In this document: positions 33,900 through 47,048 of the stretch, in pieces
Layout of the letters: the number at the start of each line of letters is the position of its first letter
Numbering within the stretch: the stretch's first letter is position 1
NCBI GenBank assembly: GCA_053919585.1
Contig: CM132800.1
DNA length: 64,000 bases
Source: Euprymna scolopes
Taxonomy: Eukaryota
Strand: one strand, 5' to 3'
Notes under the pieces: model-generated
Database searches by the model: none
What the model was told of the DNA's origin: nothing
What the model saw: the letters and a program-made list of their open reading frames with translations, nothing else
Translations under genes and position numbers: made by a program

Positions 33900-36800
33900 T
33901 ATAGTATTTTAAAGTTCAATTAAATTTTTACGATACCTTTTAAATTGTTAGGTGAAAGTACAGAATAGTTACGGAACACCTCATTTAAAGAATGGCTTTC
34001 TAAATAACTTTATTTCAGCATGATTCAATAAGTACACATAAATCTCAAAATTTAAGGTTTGTAGCGATTTTATTACTAAACCGCATTTAATTGAACCTGA
34101 GGCTTATTGTTCACCCTCGACATTTCAATTTGAGTTGTCTCCCTTAATTTATTTAATCGGATTCAGTACTGGACCACGAAAACACGACTCGTTTAAGCAC
34201 CGATCTGAACTTACGTCGAAGCTAATGCATAAACAGAAATTACCGTGTTTTTTAAATATTTTCAAGCTTTACGGTATCTTAAATTGTTAGGTGAAAGTAC
34301 AGATTAGTTAGAAAAAACTCTCCCCCTTCCCATTTAAGAATGGTGTTCTAAATGTTATTGCAGCAGTGCAGCACGGTCTCTGCACAAGTACCAAAAATGT
34401 AATGACAACATATTAGCAAATTAAACAGTTTTTAACTAATCTCTGAATCTATTTAAAGTAAAAATGAATATACATTTTGGTGCTAATGCACTTTCTGATC
34501 AACGCTATTTTTTAAATCGTATTTCCAAGTTTAAAGTTTTGATGTGTTTTTTTTTTTTTTTTGTATTCAATTGTAAGGTTAAAGTACAGAATAGGTACAA
34601 AACACCCTCCCCTCCCATGTTAAGAATGGCTTTTTAAATAACATTATTTCAGCACGGATCAATAAGTGCATGAGTTCCACGTTAACAAATGTAAAATGCG
34701 ACGATATTCGAATTAAAACATTCGAGTAGTTGTCAGAATTTTTAATTTCAGTAAAATAGTTACTCAGAACAATGAGTTAAGTTTCCGAATTGCCCATTTA
34801 TGATTAAAATCTAAAAATAAAGAATTTTTAATACTTTCTACGAAAATTAGAATATTTTCTATACGATTTTCTCATTTCCTTACTGGTTATTTTCTACTTT
34901 AAAATCCACTTATCTCTTAGGACTTGACTTGTTGCTACGTACTGGTATAGTTACTTTGGGTATTTCCTCACTTAAGTATTAAAAAAAACGGTAAATTTAT
35001 ACAAACACCGTGACAGCGAATTAACCCTAACCCTAACGCTGTCACGGTGTTTGTATAATACCAAAAAAACGGTACTACTGCAGAGAGTGATCCGGACGTA
35101 AATAATAACGTTATTTAAAAAGCCATTAACATGGGGAGGGTGAGGGTGTTTTGTACCTATTCTATACTTCAACCTTACAATTGAATAAAAAATATATCAA
35201 AACTTTAATTAAACTTGAAGATACGATTTAAAAAATAGCGCGGATCACTCTCTGCACTAGCACCAAAAATACTGCTAATTATAAGTCCAGAACATTTACG
35301 CAATGGCATCAGACGAAAATTTAAACGTATTTTTCAAAAATTGAGTCACGATATTCGTTTCAATTTTATGGCGTCCCTTTGTTTTTATTTTTTTATTAGG
35401 ATTTTATTTTAGAGATGAAAAAGTATTTGACTTTTAAAATGTGAATTACATTATGTAATTCACTTTAAAAATGCCGACTTAAACTAGAATATTTTTCCTT
35501 TTCATTGTCGTGTCGCTTTCGTCTCGAATTTCAACAAAGGGACTTAATCCATGTTTGTTTCCTAATGTATGGTCGCTTATTTCTACAGAAGTTTCATTAT
35601 CCCCAAAACCACTTGAAAAAAAAAAATGGTTTACTTAAAACTAATATTTATGTATATTATTACATGCTAAAATTAATTTATAACTGGTTTAATCCGCTTC
35701 GTAAACAAAACGAGTTGACCAAGAAAAACGAGACCAATATATGAATTAACTTTCAGTCGTTTTATTGCATTTTCTTGACTTGACATGCCATGCCATCCTT
35801 TCGAAATCAAATCAGTTATTTGGCAATTCGGAAGCTTGTTCTAAGCGAACTGTTTTACTATACAGATTCGAAAAAGTTGTCACATATATAATAAAAAGAG
35901 GTTATCAGCGGCAAGATAGGTTACTTTTTTTTTTTTTTTACCTAACTGGATAAGTTAGTATTTTTAATGCAAAATGTCTATTCGGTTCGAAAAACGAGTT
36001 TGTTGAACGCTGCCGAAGAACAAGAAAAGATGGCCGCGATGTCTTTGAAGACTTGATAATCACTTCAAAATAAGAAATAGACAAAATGGTGGTAAAAACC
36101 CACCCAATGTCACAGTAACATTTATTGGGTGGTTTTCTACCACCATTTGGTTTCATATATTTTTAAATGATTATCAAGTTTTAACAAACATTGCGGCCAT
36201 CTTTTTTTCTTCGGCAGCGTTTCAACATTACTCGTTTTTCGAACCGAATGAACATTTTTACATTAAATAAAATACTAAACTTTACCAGTTGGGTAGAAAA
36301 GTAACGGTCAATTTATATGCCCCAGCGTATTATAAACACCCCCAACCTCATGTTAAGAACGGTTTTCGGAATAAGCGCCCCCCCTCATGGTAAGAACGGC
36401 TTTCGAGGTTGGGTGTTTATTCTGAAAACCGTTCTTAACATGGGGAGGTTTGGTGCTTATAAATACGCTGACACGTCGTAAATATTGACTAAACTTGTCA
36501 TTGAGAACATTAGGCACGGGCAAAAATGGAGTAAAGATAAGGTGGACAGTTTTGAAAGCCGAATTATTTTTTTCTGTAAGTTTTCGTCTACTTTTTATTG
36601 GGTGCTTCTGCACTTCATTGCAGAAATTAGAGACGCCATTTTATTTCACGCACTTGCAGTCCAAATCCAGGGGAGACATATCAAACTATGACCGAAGCAA
36701 AGCATGAAATAAATAACCCAAAAATTAAACTTCCGGGAAGAACTATGAAAAAAGTAAATAAGTGAAAGAACATATATCCGTAATTGTTTAATTTGAAATG

Positions 36801-37720
36801 TTTCGATTTAATTAATGAGAATCGGAAATTTTTTCATGGGACATTTTTTTTATTAAAAACAGAAAATGACATGTTCACGATTGTTAAAACTGGGTGAGCG
36901 CCATTTGAAAACCGAAACATTTATTGTATAAAAATTTATCAAAATATAATCGGAAAAACATTTATTGAAAAGTTTGCGTAAAAAATAATTTTAAAACAAT
37001 TTTGTAATGAAAGCAACATTGGATTTTTATAATCCAGTTCTATTTATTTTTTTGGTACTAGTGCAGTGGAGTGCACTAGTAGTGCACTGTGCAGAGAATG
37101 ATCCGGACGTAGGTAATGTTATTTAAAAACCCATTCTTAACATGGGGAGGGGAGGGTGTTTTGTACCTATTCTATACTTCAACCTTACAATTGAATAAAA
37201 AAAAATATAAAACTTAAACTTGAAAACACGATTTAAAAAATAGCGCTGATCACTTTGCACTAGCACCTTTTTTTTTTTTTTAACAAATAATTTTAAACGT
37301 TTTTTTAATTAAAGCAACTTTGAAAGATCAACCAAATTAATTTAAATTGTTTTTTCTTTAACGGAAGTGGGTTGGTTTTATTTTTCCCTTTGCGGAAGCA
37401 ATACAATGATGTCTCCCCTGGATTTGAACAGCAAGTGCGTGAAATAAAATGGCGTCTCCAATTTCGACAATAAAGTGTAGAAGCACCTTTTATTGTATTT
37501 AAAAAATTAAAGACAAGTGGATTTTCAGAAGAAAAAATGGTGCTTGTGCACTTTTGCTACCGTGCTGAAATGTTATTTTGAAAGTCATTGTTAACATGGA
37601 GAGGGTGTTTTATAACTATTGTGCTTCCTAACAATTTAAAATATCGTGAAACTTGAATTTAACCTGAAAAAAAAAAAACTATTTGAAAATAGCGCGGTGG
37701 CAAGTGCACAAGCACGAAAA
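33900..37720. mobile_element. Cluster of an approximately 200-bp MITE family (M1) in intron 1, in both orientations
   Basis: Core CCCATGTTAAGAATGGC; TIR GGTGCTAGTGCAGAGAGTGATCCG, clearest at 35071-35264. Other copies at about 33900, 34260, 34480, 36320, 37053, 37540 and 55150. Confidence 0.75.
35845..36310. mobile_element. Foldback MITE family M2, intron 1 copy
   Basis: tatacagattcgaaaaagttgtc..ggcaagata..acctaactggata shared with 60450-60935, 62216-62500 and 62716-63292; internally palindromic. Confidence 0.72.
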
Positions 37721-37721
37721 A

Positions 37722-40152
37722 TTTGTACACGTGAAAACAAGTTATGAAAAATGTTTTCACGGCGAGTCAATTCAACTACGTTCTTAAATTCAATAAATTC
37801 ATCGTAAAAATCCTTTGAAAGATAAATATTAGTTTTTTTTATCTATTTCAAAGATGATTAGTAAAGTCCGAAAATATTGAATTAAAAAAGGCACTAGGTG
37901 TATCAGAATTTTTGTAGGAATTTTTAACACCCCCTAACACGAAACTGCGAACAAAATATAAAAAAACTCGTAATTTCTCTTGTAAAGGTGGGTTGTTGTT
38001 TTTTTTATGGATTATACTTCCAAATTAAACTATTAAAGTTCTATAAAACGTAATAGAAATATTTTTATTTTTTAAAACAGTAATGAAATTAATTGAATTT
38101 TACAAGCTCAGTATTTTTCAATTTTTAAACGTTAAAAATCTATCAATTTTTCTCTTGATTCAATTTTTACGATATTTTCAGGGTCAATGTGAAATTTTAT
38201 GCTCTTTCCAATAAACTGAATATAATATTTTAGAAAAACGTTTTTAAATTCACGCCCCCTCATTTTCAAATGTCTATTGAAAAGTAAATTTACTTACCAA
38301 AGTTTTATATCATAAATTGAAAAGATCAAATATATTCAAATTTAAAGCAAAAAAAGTTTTTTAGAAATTTACCTGTAAAGTCCGAAGTTTAAAACCTTTT
38401 TTAAACCACGTTTAAAAGAGAAAAAAAATTTTTTTTAATGAAACCTTGGTCCTTTTAACTGAAAATTAGGGCTTGAATTACATTTTTCGAGTAGTTATAA
38501 GCTTGGAAAGACAGGTGGTCGAATTAATTCACGCCTCCCATTTTAAAATGTGTTAAAAAGTAAATTAATTTACTCAGGAAAGTGTTATATATGACAAATT
38601 GAAAATAAAAGATCAATAAATCTAATTTAAAACAAAAGTAATGTTTTTTTTTAGAAATTTACCTGTAAAGTCCGAAGTTTAAAACCTTTTTTTAAAAGAA
38701 AACTTTCTTTTTTTTGTTTTTTTTATGAAACCTTGGTCCTTGCTCCTTTTAATTGAAAAAAAATTAGGGCTTGAATTACATTTTTCGAGAAGTTATAAGC
38801 TTAGAAAGACGGGTGGAATTCAATATTTTTCACAAAATTTCTGACACGCCTAAAAAGGCCCCTTGTTTGTACAAAAAATAGCTTAATTCTCTCCCAGAAG
38901 CCAGATTCTTGTTTTGCAGAATACCAACTGAAGTCTCTAAAGATTGATTATACAGAATCACAAAATCTGACAGCCGAAAGGCTCTGAAAATGACTTCAGG
39001 TAGTTAAAGGAAGATAGAAGTGAGTTTTTTCTAGCCGTGCATCCGTACATTCCTATCACAAGCGTTTGTATGATTTTTACCATTTTAAATTTATTTTTCT
39101 GTTACTGCTTTTAATTTTTTTTCATAGCTATAAAAAACTTTACGGCAAGTTTTACATTCATGCAAGTAAGGTTTTTGACCCCTCCCTTTGCTTAAAAATT
39201 AACCAAAAATCAGGAAATTAACCAATTTTAATGAAATTTTCACTATTTATCAAAATGATCATGGAATCTAATAAACTAATTTTTATTTAAATCTTAGTGG
39301 AAATGTATTTTGTTTAAACAAAAAAATATTATGTTATGGTTTCAGTAGTAAATAAAAACGTAAGAATTTATTGCTTTTTTTATAAATAAAGCATCGTAAT
39401 TTGTAACAAATTTTCACAGGAACATTAGGAAAAAAGGCTCAAAAGTCTGTATTAATGAATTAGATATAACTAGAAGAAAAAATTTCTCAACTACCGATAT
39501 TACCATTGGATTAAGCATTGTTTAATATTTTTACACAAAAAAAATAATAGCAAAAATATTTCTATTTTTTTTTAAATTACAGATTTCGCATAACTTTTAT
39601 ACGCAAGATTTTAATTTCCTTGCTCGCAAGAATGTAAAACTTTCAGCGTAACATAATTTTTATATAATCTCGAACAATAATTTAAAAAAAAATTTAAAAA
39701 CAGGAACATAAAAAATAATTAAATTAAATAAAAATTGATACGAACATTCAGAATTGGAATGTATGGATGCACATGGGGGGGGGGGAGAAATGACACCCCT
39801 ACCTCTTTACTATCATGACTTCATTTTAAAATGGCGTTTCGATTGGTTGAAATTTTGGGCCTCCTTATAATCGTGTTTACAAATCTTTTTGTTGCATTTT
39901 TAGCAAACGGTAAATTATTTGCTTTTTAATGGCTAATGAAGTTATTTTTGTGCAAACAAGGTTTTTTGTTTTTTTTATTTTTTATTCAATTCAATATCTT
40001 AGGACTTTACTAATTATCTTTGAAAACTAAAAAACAAAACTAATATTTATCTTTTAAGGGATTTTTACAATATATTTAACTTCAAAATTTAGCTGAATTG
40101 GGTAGCTTGCCGTGAAAACATTTTTCATAACTTTTTTTTTCACATGTACAAA
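37722..40152. mobile_element. Non-autonomous DNA transposon remnant with about 150-bp TIRs, an internal 290-bp tandem duplication and a nested MITE
   Basis: 37722-37875 is inverted to 39995-40152; direct repeats at 38240-38525 and 38530-38820; inverted ends at 39003-39055 and 39757-39812. Confidence 0.68.
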
Positions 40153-40624
40153 TATTTTTTTCCTTTAGGAAATTAACTTTAGTCTCTAATCTTCCAAATA
40201 CAATCAAAAAGTAGTTGGAAACCTACAAAAAAATTATAAATCGGTTTTCAAAAATAGGCCCCCCCCCCCTATTTTATTTACATACTTGACCCTTACTTTG
40301 GGGTCAATTAATAGTAATTTTCAAATATGTACTTAAAAATAAACTTTCAAAAATTCAATCTTTCAATTTGATAGTGAATATAAAGATATTTTTAAATACG
40401 CCAGTTCTATACACCAGCTACTTGATTTTGATAAATGAATGATATAAGGCCAGTTTGAATTCACTTTTTGAAAGCATTTCTCTAGAAGTGCATTTTATCT
40501 TATGTTTTAATTATATATGTGGAAAAGTTATAAAAATAACACTTGTTTATCAATCTATTTTATTGAAATTTTCTTGATTACTTGATTAAATATTAATCTT
40601 TGAGATTTGTATTATACTTTCCAG

Positions 40625-40721
40625 CTTGCTGGGCTAGACTTGAACAGTACTTCACCCCCAAGACCTGCTAGAGGTGGCAAGAGTGATTACTTCCCCAGTC
40701 AATCAAGACCGATTTCCAATA
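40625..40721 (+). CDS. DDX3: DDX3 exon 2 (LAGLDLNSTSPPRPARGGKSDYFPSQSRPISN)
   Basis: tttccag acceptor, A|GTGAGT donor, phase 1; AGLDLN nuclear export motif. Confidence 0.9.
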
Positions 40722-43700
40722 GTGAGTCTATCTTTTTATTTTATGACATTGTTGACTTGGTTATGTTTTGGTATTTGTGCATTATTTTGGGCAATTCTTT
40801 TGGTTTCAACTAAAAGTTTAGGAAGAACTTTGATACTTCTGGATAGTGTTTTATTGAATGCTTCCCCTTTCAATAATTAAAATGAAAGCAAAATAATTGT
40901 CCAAAATAACACTAATGCGCAAGTGCTCACGTTTATGAGGGGAAAGTATGGTTTTATATGTAAATCAACTCTGATAATTTTAAAGTGTTTGATTTGGTAC
41001 TAGTGCATCCTTTGAACTAGACGTAAATCAGCATTTGCTCAGCTTTCCCTGGAACATGACATCAACAGTTCTGGTTTAGCTGCTGTCTGATGTAACATGG
41101 CGATTAGCCAATCACAACGCTGCTCGGTTAGTTTCAACACAACGCGCGTGCGCACAAGTGCTACTCCCAAGCAACAGACAAGAAATTGGATAAATATTGG
41201 AAGAGGGGAAAAAGGCACCATTTCTTACATGAGTCTGGAAGGGAAGAGCAAAACATGAATTTGACTCTTGGCTCAATAGCTAGACACCGGATGCTGTAAT
41301 TGACTTGTCAACTGCGAAAACGACTGACAAAAACAATACAATGTGCAACATGCAGCCACAGGTGCAGCCTAGCAAAAAAGGGAGCATTACCGACTGCTAT
41401 GGCTGGAGACGTTTTCTTGGAATTAGAAAAATCTTTCAGCTACTCCCAGTCAATTGGCAAAAAAAAAAAAACCCTAATCCATCCTCTTAACTTTAACAAA
41501 AAAATACTTGAAAAAGATCATACCTCAAATAAATGCTTCTAAAAAGTGGAACTTTAAAAAACGTTTGTTCCAATTTTCCTTCATAAATAATAAAAAAAAT
41601 TACTTGAAAGAAAAGTTCTTTTCCAATTTTTTTTTTTTTTTTTCAATTTTCCTTAATCACTTTTAAACAAACTTGCTCCAAAAGATTTTTTAACCTTTTC
41701 TTGTAAACATTTGCTTGAAATTATCTGATAAATGTTGAAAAAATTCATTGGAAAATTACCTCTTTACTATTTGCTTTTGATATAACCTTTGCTTCACAGT
41801 TACTAAAATTACGGTAGGTTTTTCTGTTTTTTTGTTTTTTTTCTACATTTAACATTTTGCTATTTTCTTTTATGTAGCGTTGATTTCATCGGTGACACTC
41901 GGCATAATCTGGCTGATGCTTTCTAGGGAAAGTCGAGCAAACGCTGAGTTATGTCTGGTTCAAAGGCTGCACTATTGTTTCATTTGTAAATCGACTCATA
42001 ATTTTAAAGTGTTATATTAGATTGAATTGGATGCTTTTATCAATTCTTTAAGTTAAACCGATTTTTAATCTTTAATTTCAATAAAAAATGATTGTAACTT
42101 ATTTTGAATTTAGTATAATTAGATTGAAAAATGTGAATACATTTAAAGATATTTCTTTGCTATGAAAACATCTGATCTGTCTTGTTTGTACATTCAAAGA
42201 TTTTGTTTGAATTAAGCCATATTAAGTATAAACTACTTGGTCATAGTTTTGTGCTTAGGTTAGGCAGCTTTTGTGGGAAATTCAAATTTGACATTTTATG
42301 CTTCTCAGCCCCTTTGCTTAATGTTTATCTGCATCCCAGGAAATTAAGTAAATTTTGCTTAAAGCAATTTACTCTAAATATTGTTTTTGCAGATAAATTT
42401 CTTTACTGCTTTGAAATAAATTTTGAACCTATTGCAATAATTTTCTGCTTTAGAAAATATTTATAATATCCCTATTTTCTGTATGTATTAAAGGAAATCA
42501 TGACCGTCAGATTTTGAAGAAATTTGATTCAAGAAAAATGATTCTGAACTCTTCAGGTTACAAAAGTTCCATTTTTAGAAAATGACATCCTGCATTATGT
42601 GAAAAGCATACAATTTTATTAAAGCTTTAGTAGTTTTATTTCTGATTTTCCGAGTTGATAAATATGCTTAGTATATTTCAATTCATACAGATTTTGTATC
42701 TATTACAGTCAATTCTCTATTGAATACTGTTTTGTGCCTAATATATAGTAGTGATTTCAAAAAAATCCTTGGTTGCCATCAGTTAGAATTGAAACTAAAA
42801 CATTTAGCGCTCATTAGGTAAGAAAGATCAATTAATAAAATTTGGGCATCAATAGAAAGTAAATTTCGGCAAATTGAAATGGTTTATTTTTACTTGCTGC
42901 TATGTCTGTATGCATTATTCATTCATCCAAACAATGATTTTACTTGTTATAAACCATTCTTGATATATGGTTAGTATTTCCTGTTAATTTCAGTCAGTTA
43001 TGACCAGTAGTTGAGTTTATCGGTTAAATATTTTCACATGCACACATCTACTTATGTATATAGAATACTTATAAATGTATTTACTTTATGCTTTGGAATA
43101 TTTAGAAATGTGTAGTGATCAGATTTTATCCGAAACAGTCCTTTCTTTTAGAAAGTACTAGCAAGGCTACCCTGCATTGCCTGAGTGTTTGGAGATGTGT
43201 TGAGCACGAAAAATGTTTGTAGGCAGACAGGCTTGACCTGTAACCATGTTGCTCGGGTATTTCAAAAGTGTTAGTAGGCAGGCAGACAGGCTCAAACCAG
43301 TGACGTGAAGGCGAATAAGTGAAAGAAAATGTGAAAGCTTATCGCTACGCTACGAGGTCATAGGATTTGAAAAGCATTCAAATTTAACGATGTCAATCAA
43401 AAAGCTGACTTGCTAAGTGAATACGCAGGTGCAGAAATGAAGGTTGGCTGAAGGCCAGTTCAACTTTCTGCTGTTTCATTTGTTCCCCCCACGATGTTGA
43501 GGAAACCAAGCTCCCACGAAAAAGGGGGAGCTCTCAAAATGAATAGCAATTGTCTGGTATGAAGGGTATTCCCCACATTGATCCAAGCTGATTGCCTTCA
43601 AGATGTGCCACGAAGGGCAGCGAGCTGATTGTATTGGATTCAGTTTCGCTTTATTTATTTATACGAGAAAAAAACACTGTAAGCCAGTTTTTTTTAAAAA

Positions 43701-44677
43701 ATTTTTTTAAACTCGCTCCAAATAAATGTAAACAACAATCCTTCGTAAATCGTAGATATTACAATCTAGGGAGTATATAAAAAGTTCTCAAATATAGTGA
43801 ACCCCCGCGAAAAAAACCTTCGCTGGACATACAAAAATGCGCATGACCATCTTTGTCTTATATATGTATATATATGGATCATTTCCCTTTATTCTCTCAA
43901 AAGTAGGTGCTTAGAATTACACTATATTATAAAAAATACAGAAAAATCTGATGTACTTGTCATGGAATGGAGATGTATTACAAAAGTTACGTAAATTGAT
44001 AAAATATTTTTAAGAAAATCCAAAATTATTTTTAGCAATTAATTTTGTCAGCCCATGAATCTCGATAATTGAATTGTCCCCCCTTGAAAAAGAGGAAGTT
44101 TCCAGCTCTTTGGTCTAATCATAAAAATTGATTCTCATATTTAAAAAAATAAAATCAATTTGTGATTTTTTTTTTTTCTTTGACAAGTACATGCATCAAA
44201 GATTTTTTTTTTTTTTTTTTTTTTTAGTCTAATTCAAAAAAAAAAAAAAAGGACCAGGAGGTTTTTTTTTTTTTTTTAAATCTTGCATCACCTTAATTTT
44301 TCAATTTATAATTTACCATCTGCTCTTTATTTTGGCTAGTTTATATTTGGTATGGCTTAATGATTACAATTTTTTAAACTTTAATGAAAAAGATGTTTAA
44401 ATATTAATTGGTTTTCATATTAATGACCAGAAAAATAGATGACTTTTGCTTTAGCTTAATTATAAAGACTTTGGGGTTTTATCAATTTGATTTAATAAAA
44501 TCCTGTTGATAATACTTGGTTGATGACACGTTCTGTTCAGTTAATCATAATTGTAAACACTTTGATGTCCTTCAATCAAAGGAATTAAAAGTAAATTTGT
44601 GATATAATTTTGAAACATCACTTAAAGACTTTTTTCCTTCATCCAAAATTTCTCAAAGTCTTCCTTTATTTATATAG

Positions 44678-44815
44678 GTCCTCCTCCTCCTCCTGCCAAA
44701 CAGCCTGAGCGCTATGTGCCACCACACATGCGTGGCGATGGGAGCAGTCAAATCTCCCGTGGCAATAGTCTTGGAAGAGATTTTGGTGGCCCAGAAGATG
44801 ACAGGCGACCTAGAG
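44678..44815 (+). CDS. DDX3: DDX3 exon 3 (PPPPPAKQPERYVPPHMRG..RRPR)
   Basis: 138 nt, phase 1-1, AG/GTGGGT; RYVPPHMR corresponds to the conserved YIPPHLR motif. Confidence 0.9.
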
Positions 44816-44857
44816 GTGGGTGGTGAATTTTTTAGTTACATTTTCAATTAGAATTAA

Positions 44858-44899
<42 letters not shown>

Positions 44900-46641
44900 T
44901 TGTACAAACTAGACGTTTTCATTTTGTATCGCTTCTAGCAATATCTTTTTTCAAAACATCAATTGTTTAATGCATTAATGTTACTTCAGTTCAGGTTTTC
45001 CACGAAGGTGATGTATAATTTTTTTATTATTCAATGACCATTGTTTTAAATCATTTATTCATTCAAATTTGAAATACTGGGAAAACATTCAGCTCAAATT
45101 ATTTTGATTGTTCAAATGCAAATTTTTTTCATAAACTTTAATCTGCAGTTTAAAATTAAAAACTGTGCACCATCTCCATTTTAAATAGCTTTTGGTTGCT
45201 AATATCTTCATATATACAAAATTTCCTTTCTCTATTTCCCTATTATACATCTCTCTTGAGTTTGCCTGCAATGGTGCTGCTTTAAAAATTTCAAACCTTT
45301 CTAAAATTGCTTTGAATCTAAAAAAGCTATATTTTGGTATTTTCATATTTTCCTGTTGTGGTGCCAAATTTGCTTAGAAACTTGAAATGTTGCTGCTTTT
45401 TTAAGATAACATTTTTCTTTCAATGGCTTGGCTTAGTTCACTTAATGATAAATTTCTAAATATTCTGGAATTTTTGCACTTTTTGTCATGCCGCCACATT
45501 CATATTAAAGATCCCAGTTTAAAGCAAATCTTTAATACATACACCTCGACTCTTTTAACTAAAGTTATGTAACATTTATTGCTATTTAATTTAAAATAGC
45601 CTCAAATATATTTGTCCATCCACTGACATCTACTTTTAGAGCCAGCTTTTAATATTAAAGTCTAAACATGTGAAAATCAGTAAAACCTGAATATTGATTT
45701 TCAAGAAAATAACCATCTTGGATGAAAAAGACCAATTTCAAAACTCTATTAGATTAGAAATAGCTTTTCAGAAAATCCTTAAAGAGCTTATAGTATTCAG
45801 ATTGCAATCCTACTTTTAATCACTGTTCACAGCAAACACTGATTGTGGTGACATTCATTTCATTAAAAATGAGACCTATTTAGAAAAGATCCATGTAGAC
45901 AAACCTCATACCCACATGAAATTTTTTTCTAAAATTGATAACAAATTTGAACTATTCTCATCTGGAGTGTTTTAAAATGCTCAAGTTAAGAACAATAATC
46001 TCAGTCAGAAACATAAATTGTTAACATTAATTTACCTCAATACTTTGTACATTTAAGACATGAAATTAGTCCTCAGATGACCCACGTTGTGTCCATAAAC
46101 ACAAAAATATTAAGTTATTTAATGATTTGACTTTGTTTGCAAGAGTTTAGTTACCAACTATTATAAAGTGTTTGTTTGGGCTATAAATATAGCTAAGCAG
46201 TTATTTAAAATTTCTAGGATTGATGCTTTTTGAGTGAAGCAGTATTGAAATTGTCTTTCTATTTTTAAGTTGATTAGGTTAGTATAATTAGTCTGTAATT
46301 TTCTAGAACAACTTACCAAAACCATGTTTCGTTTGATTTCAAATTTCTATAACAAGTTATGAAAATATTCTTTGGTATTAGCTAATTTTTAATTTTTGAA
46401 TGTCATTTTTCTCTTGGTTTCTTTTTATATCTTATAAAGTATCTAAAATGTTTCTACAAGGATTATTTAATGTTCTTGAATTAAAATATTTACTTTCATG
46501 TTCTTACATGCTTCTCAAAGTAGACTATCTTGGTTTAGTTTTGTCATAAAAAATCAAATACCTATGTGTGAAAGGTAAAAGTTTAGGAAATAGTTTCTTG
46601 TTTTTTACAGTTAAAATTTTTTAAAATTTGCATTTGAGCTG

Positions 46642-46676
<35 letters not shown>

Positions 46677-46961
46677 AAACATTTTGACTTCAAATGAATT
46701 CCCATGTGCATAAAATTATTTGGACATTTGCTTGGTTGTGAAATTCCAACTTGAGGCTTTGCAATGTTTATTTGTAATAATGAAAAATTTTATAAAGCAC
46801 ATGGTTTGCTCATATTGAGCCGTCTCAAATCTATTCCATATTTCCATGAATGAATGACTTGTTGCCTTTCTGTATTTAACTTGAATTGCAGAGAGGCTGT
46901 TTCAATGAGGATGCTACTGAAATGGAAAAAAAATAATGTATTATTGTTTCCCCCGCTTTAG

Positions 46962-47048
46962 ATAACTTCATGGTACCGTATGCCTCTGTTCAGCGAGGTG
47001 CTTACATTGGGGTTGGGGCCTTGCCACCCCAAGGACTTGCCCAACCAA
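46962..47048 (+). CDS. DDX3: Candidate extra or cassette DDX3 exon (DNFMVPYASVQRGAYIGVGALPPQGLAQP)
   Basis: 87 nt, symmetric phase 1-1, open in the correct frame, ttttag-like acceptor (cgctttag), GTACGT donor, GC-rich island. Confidence 0.6.
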
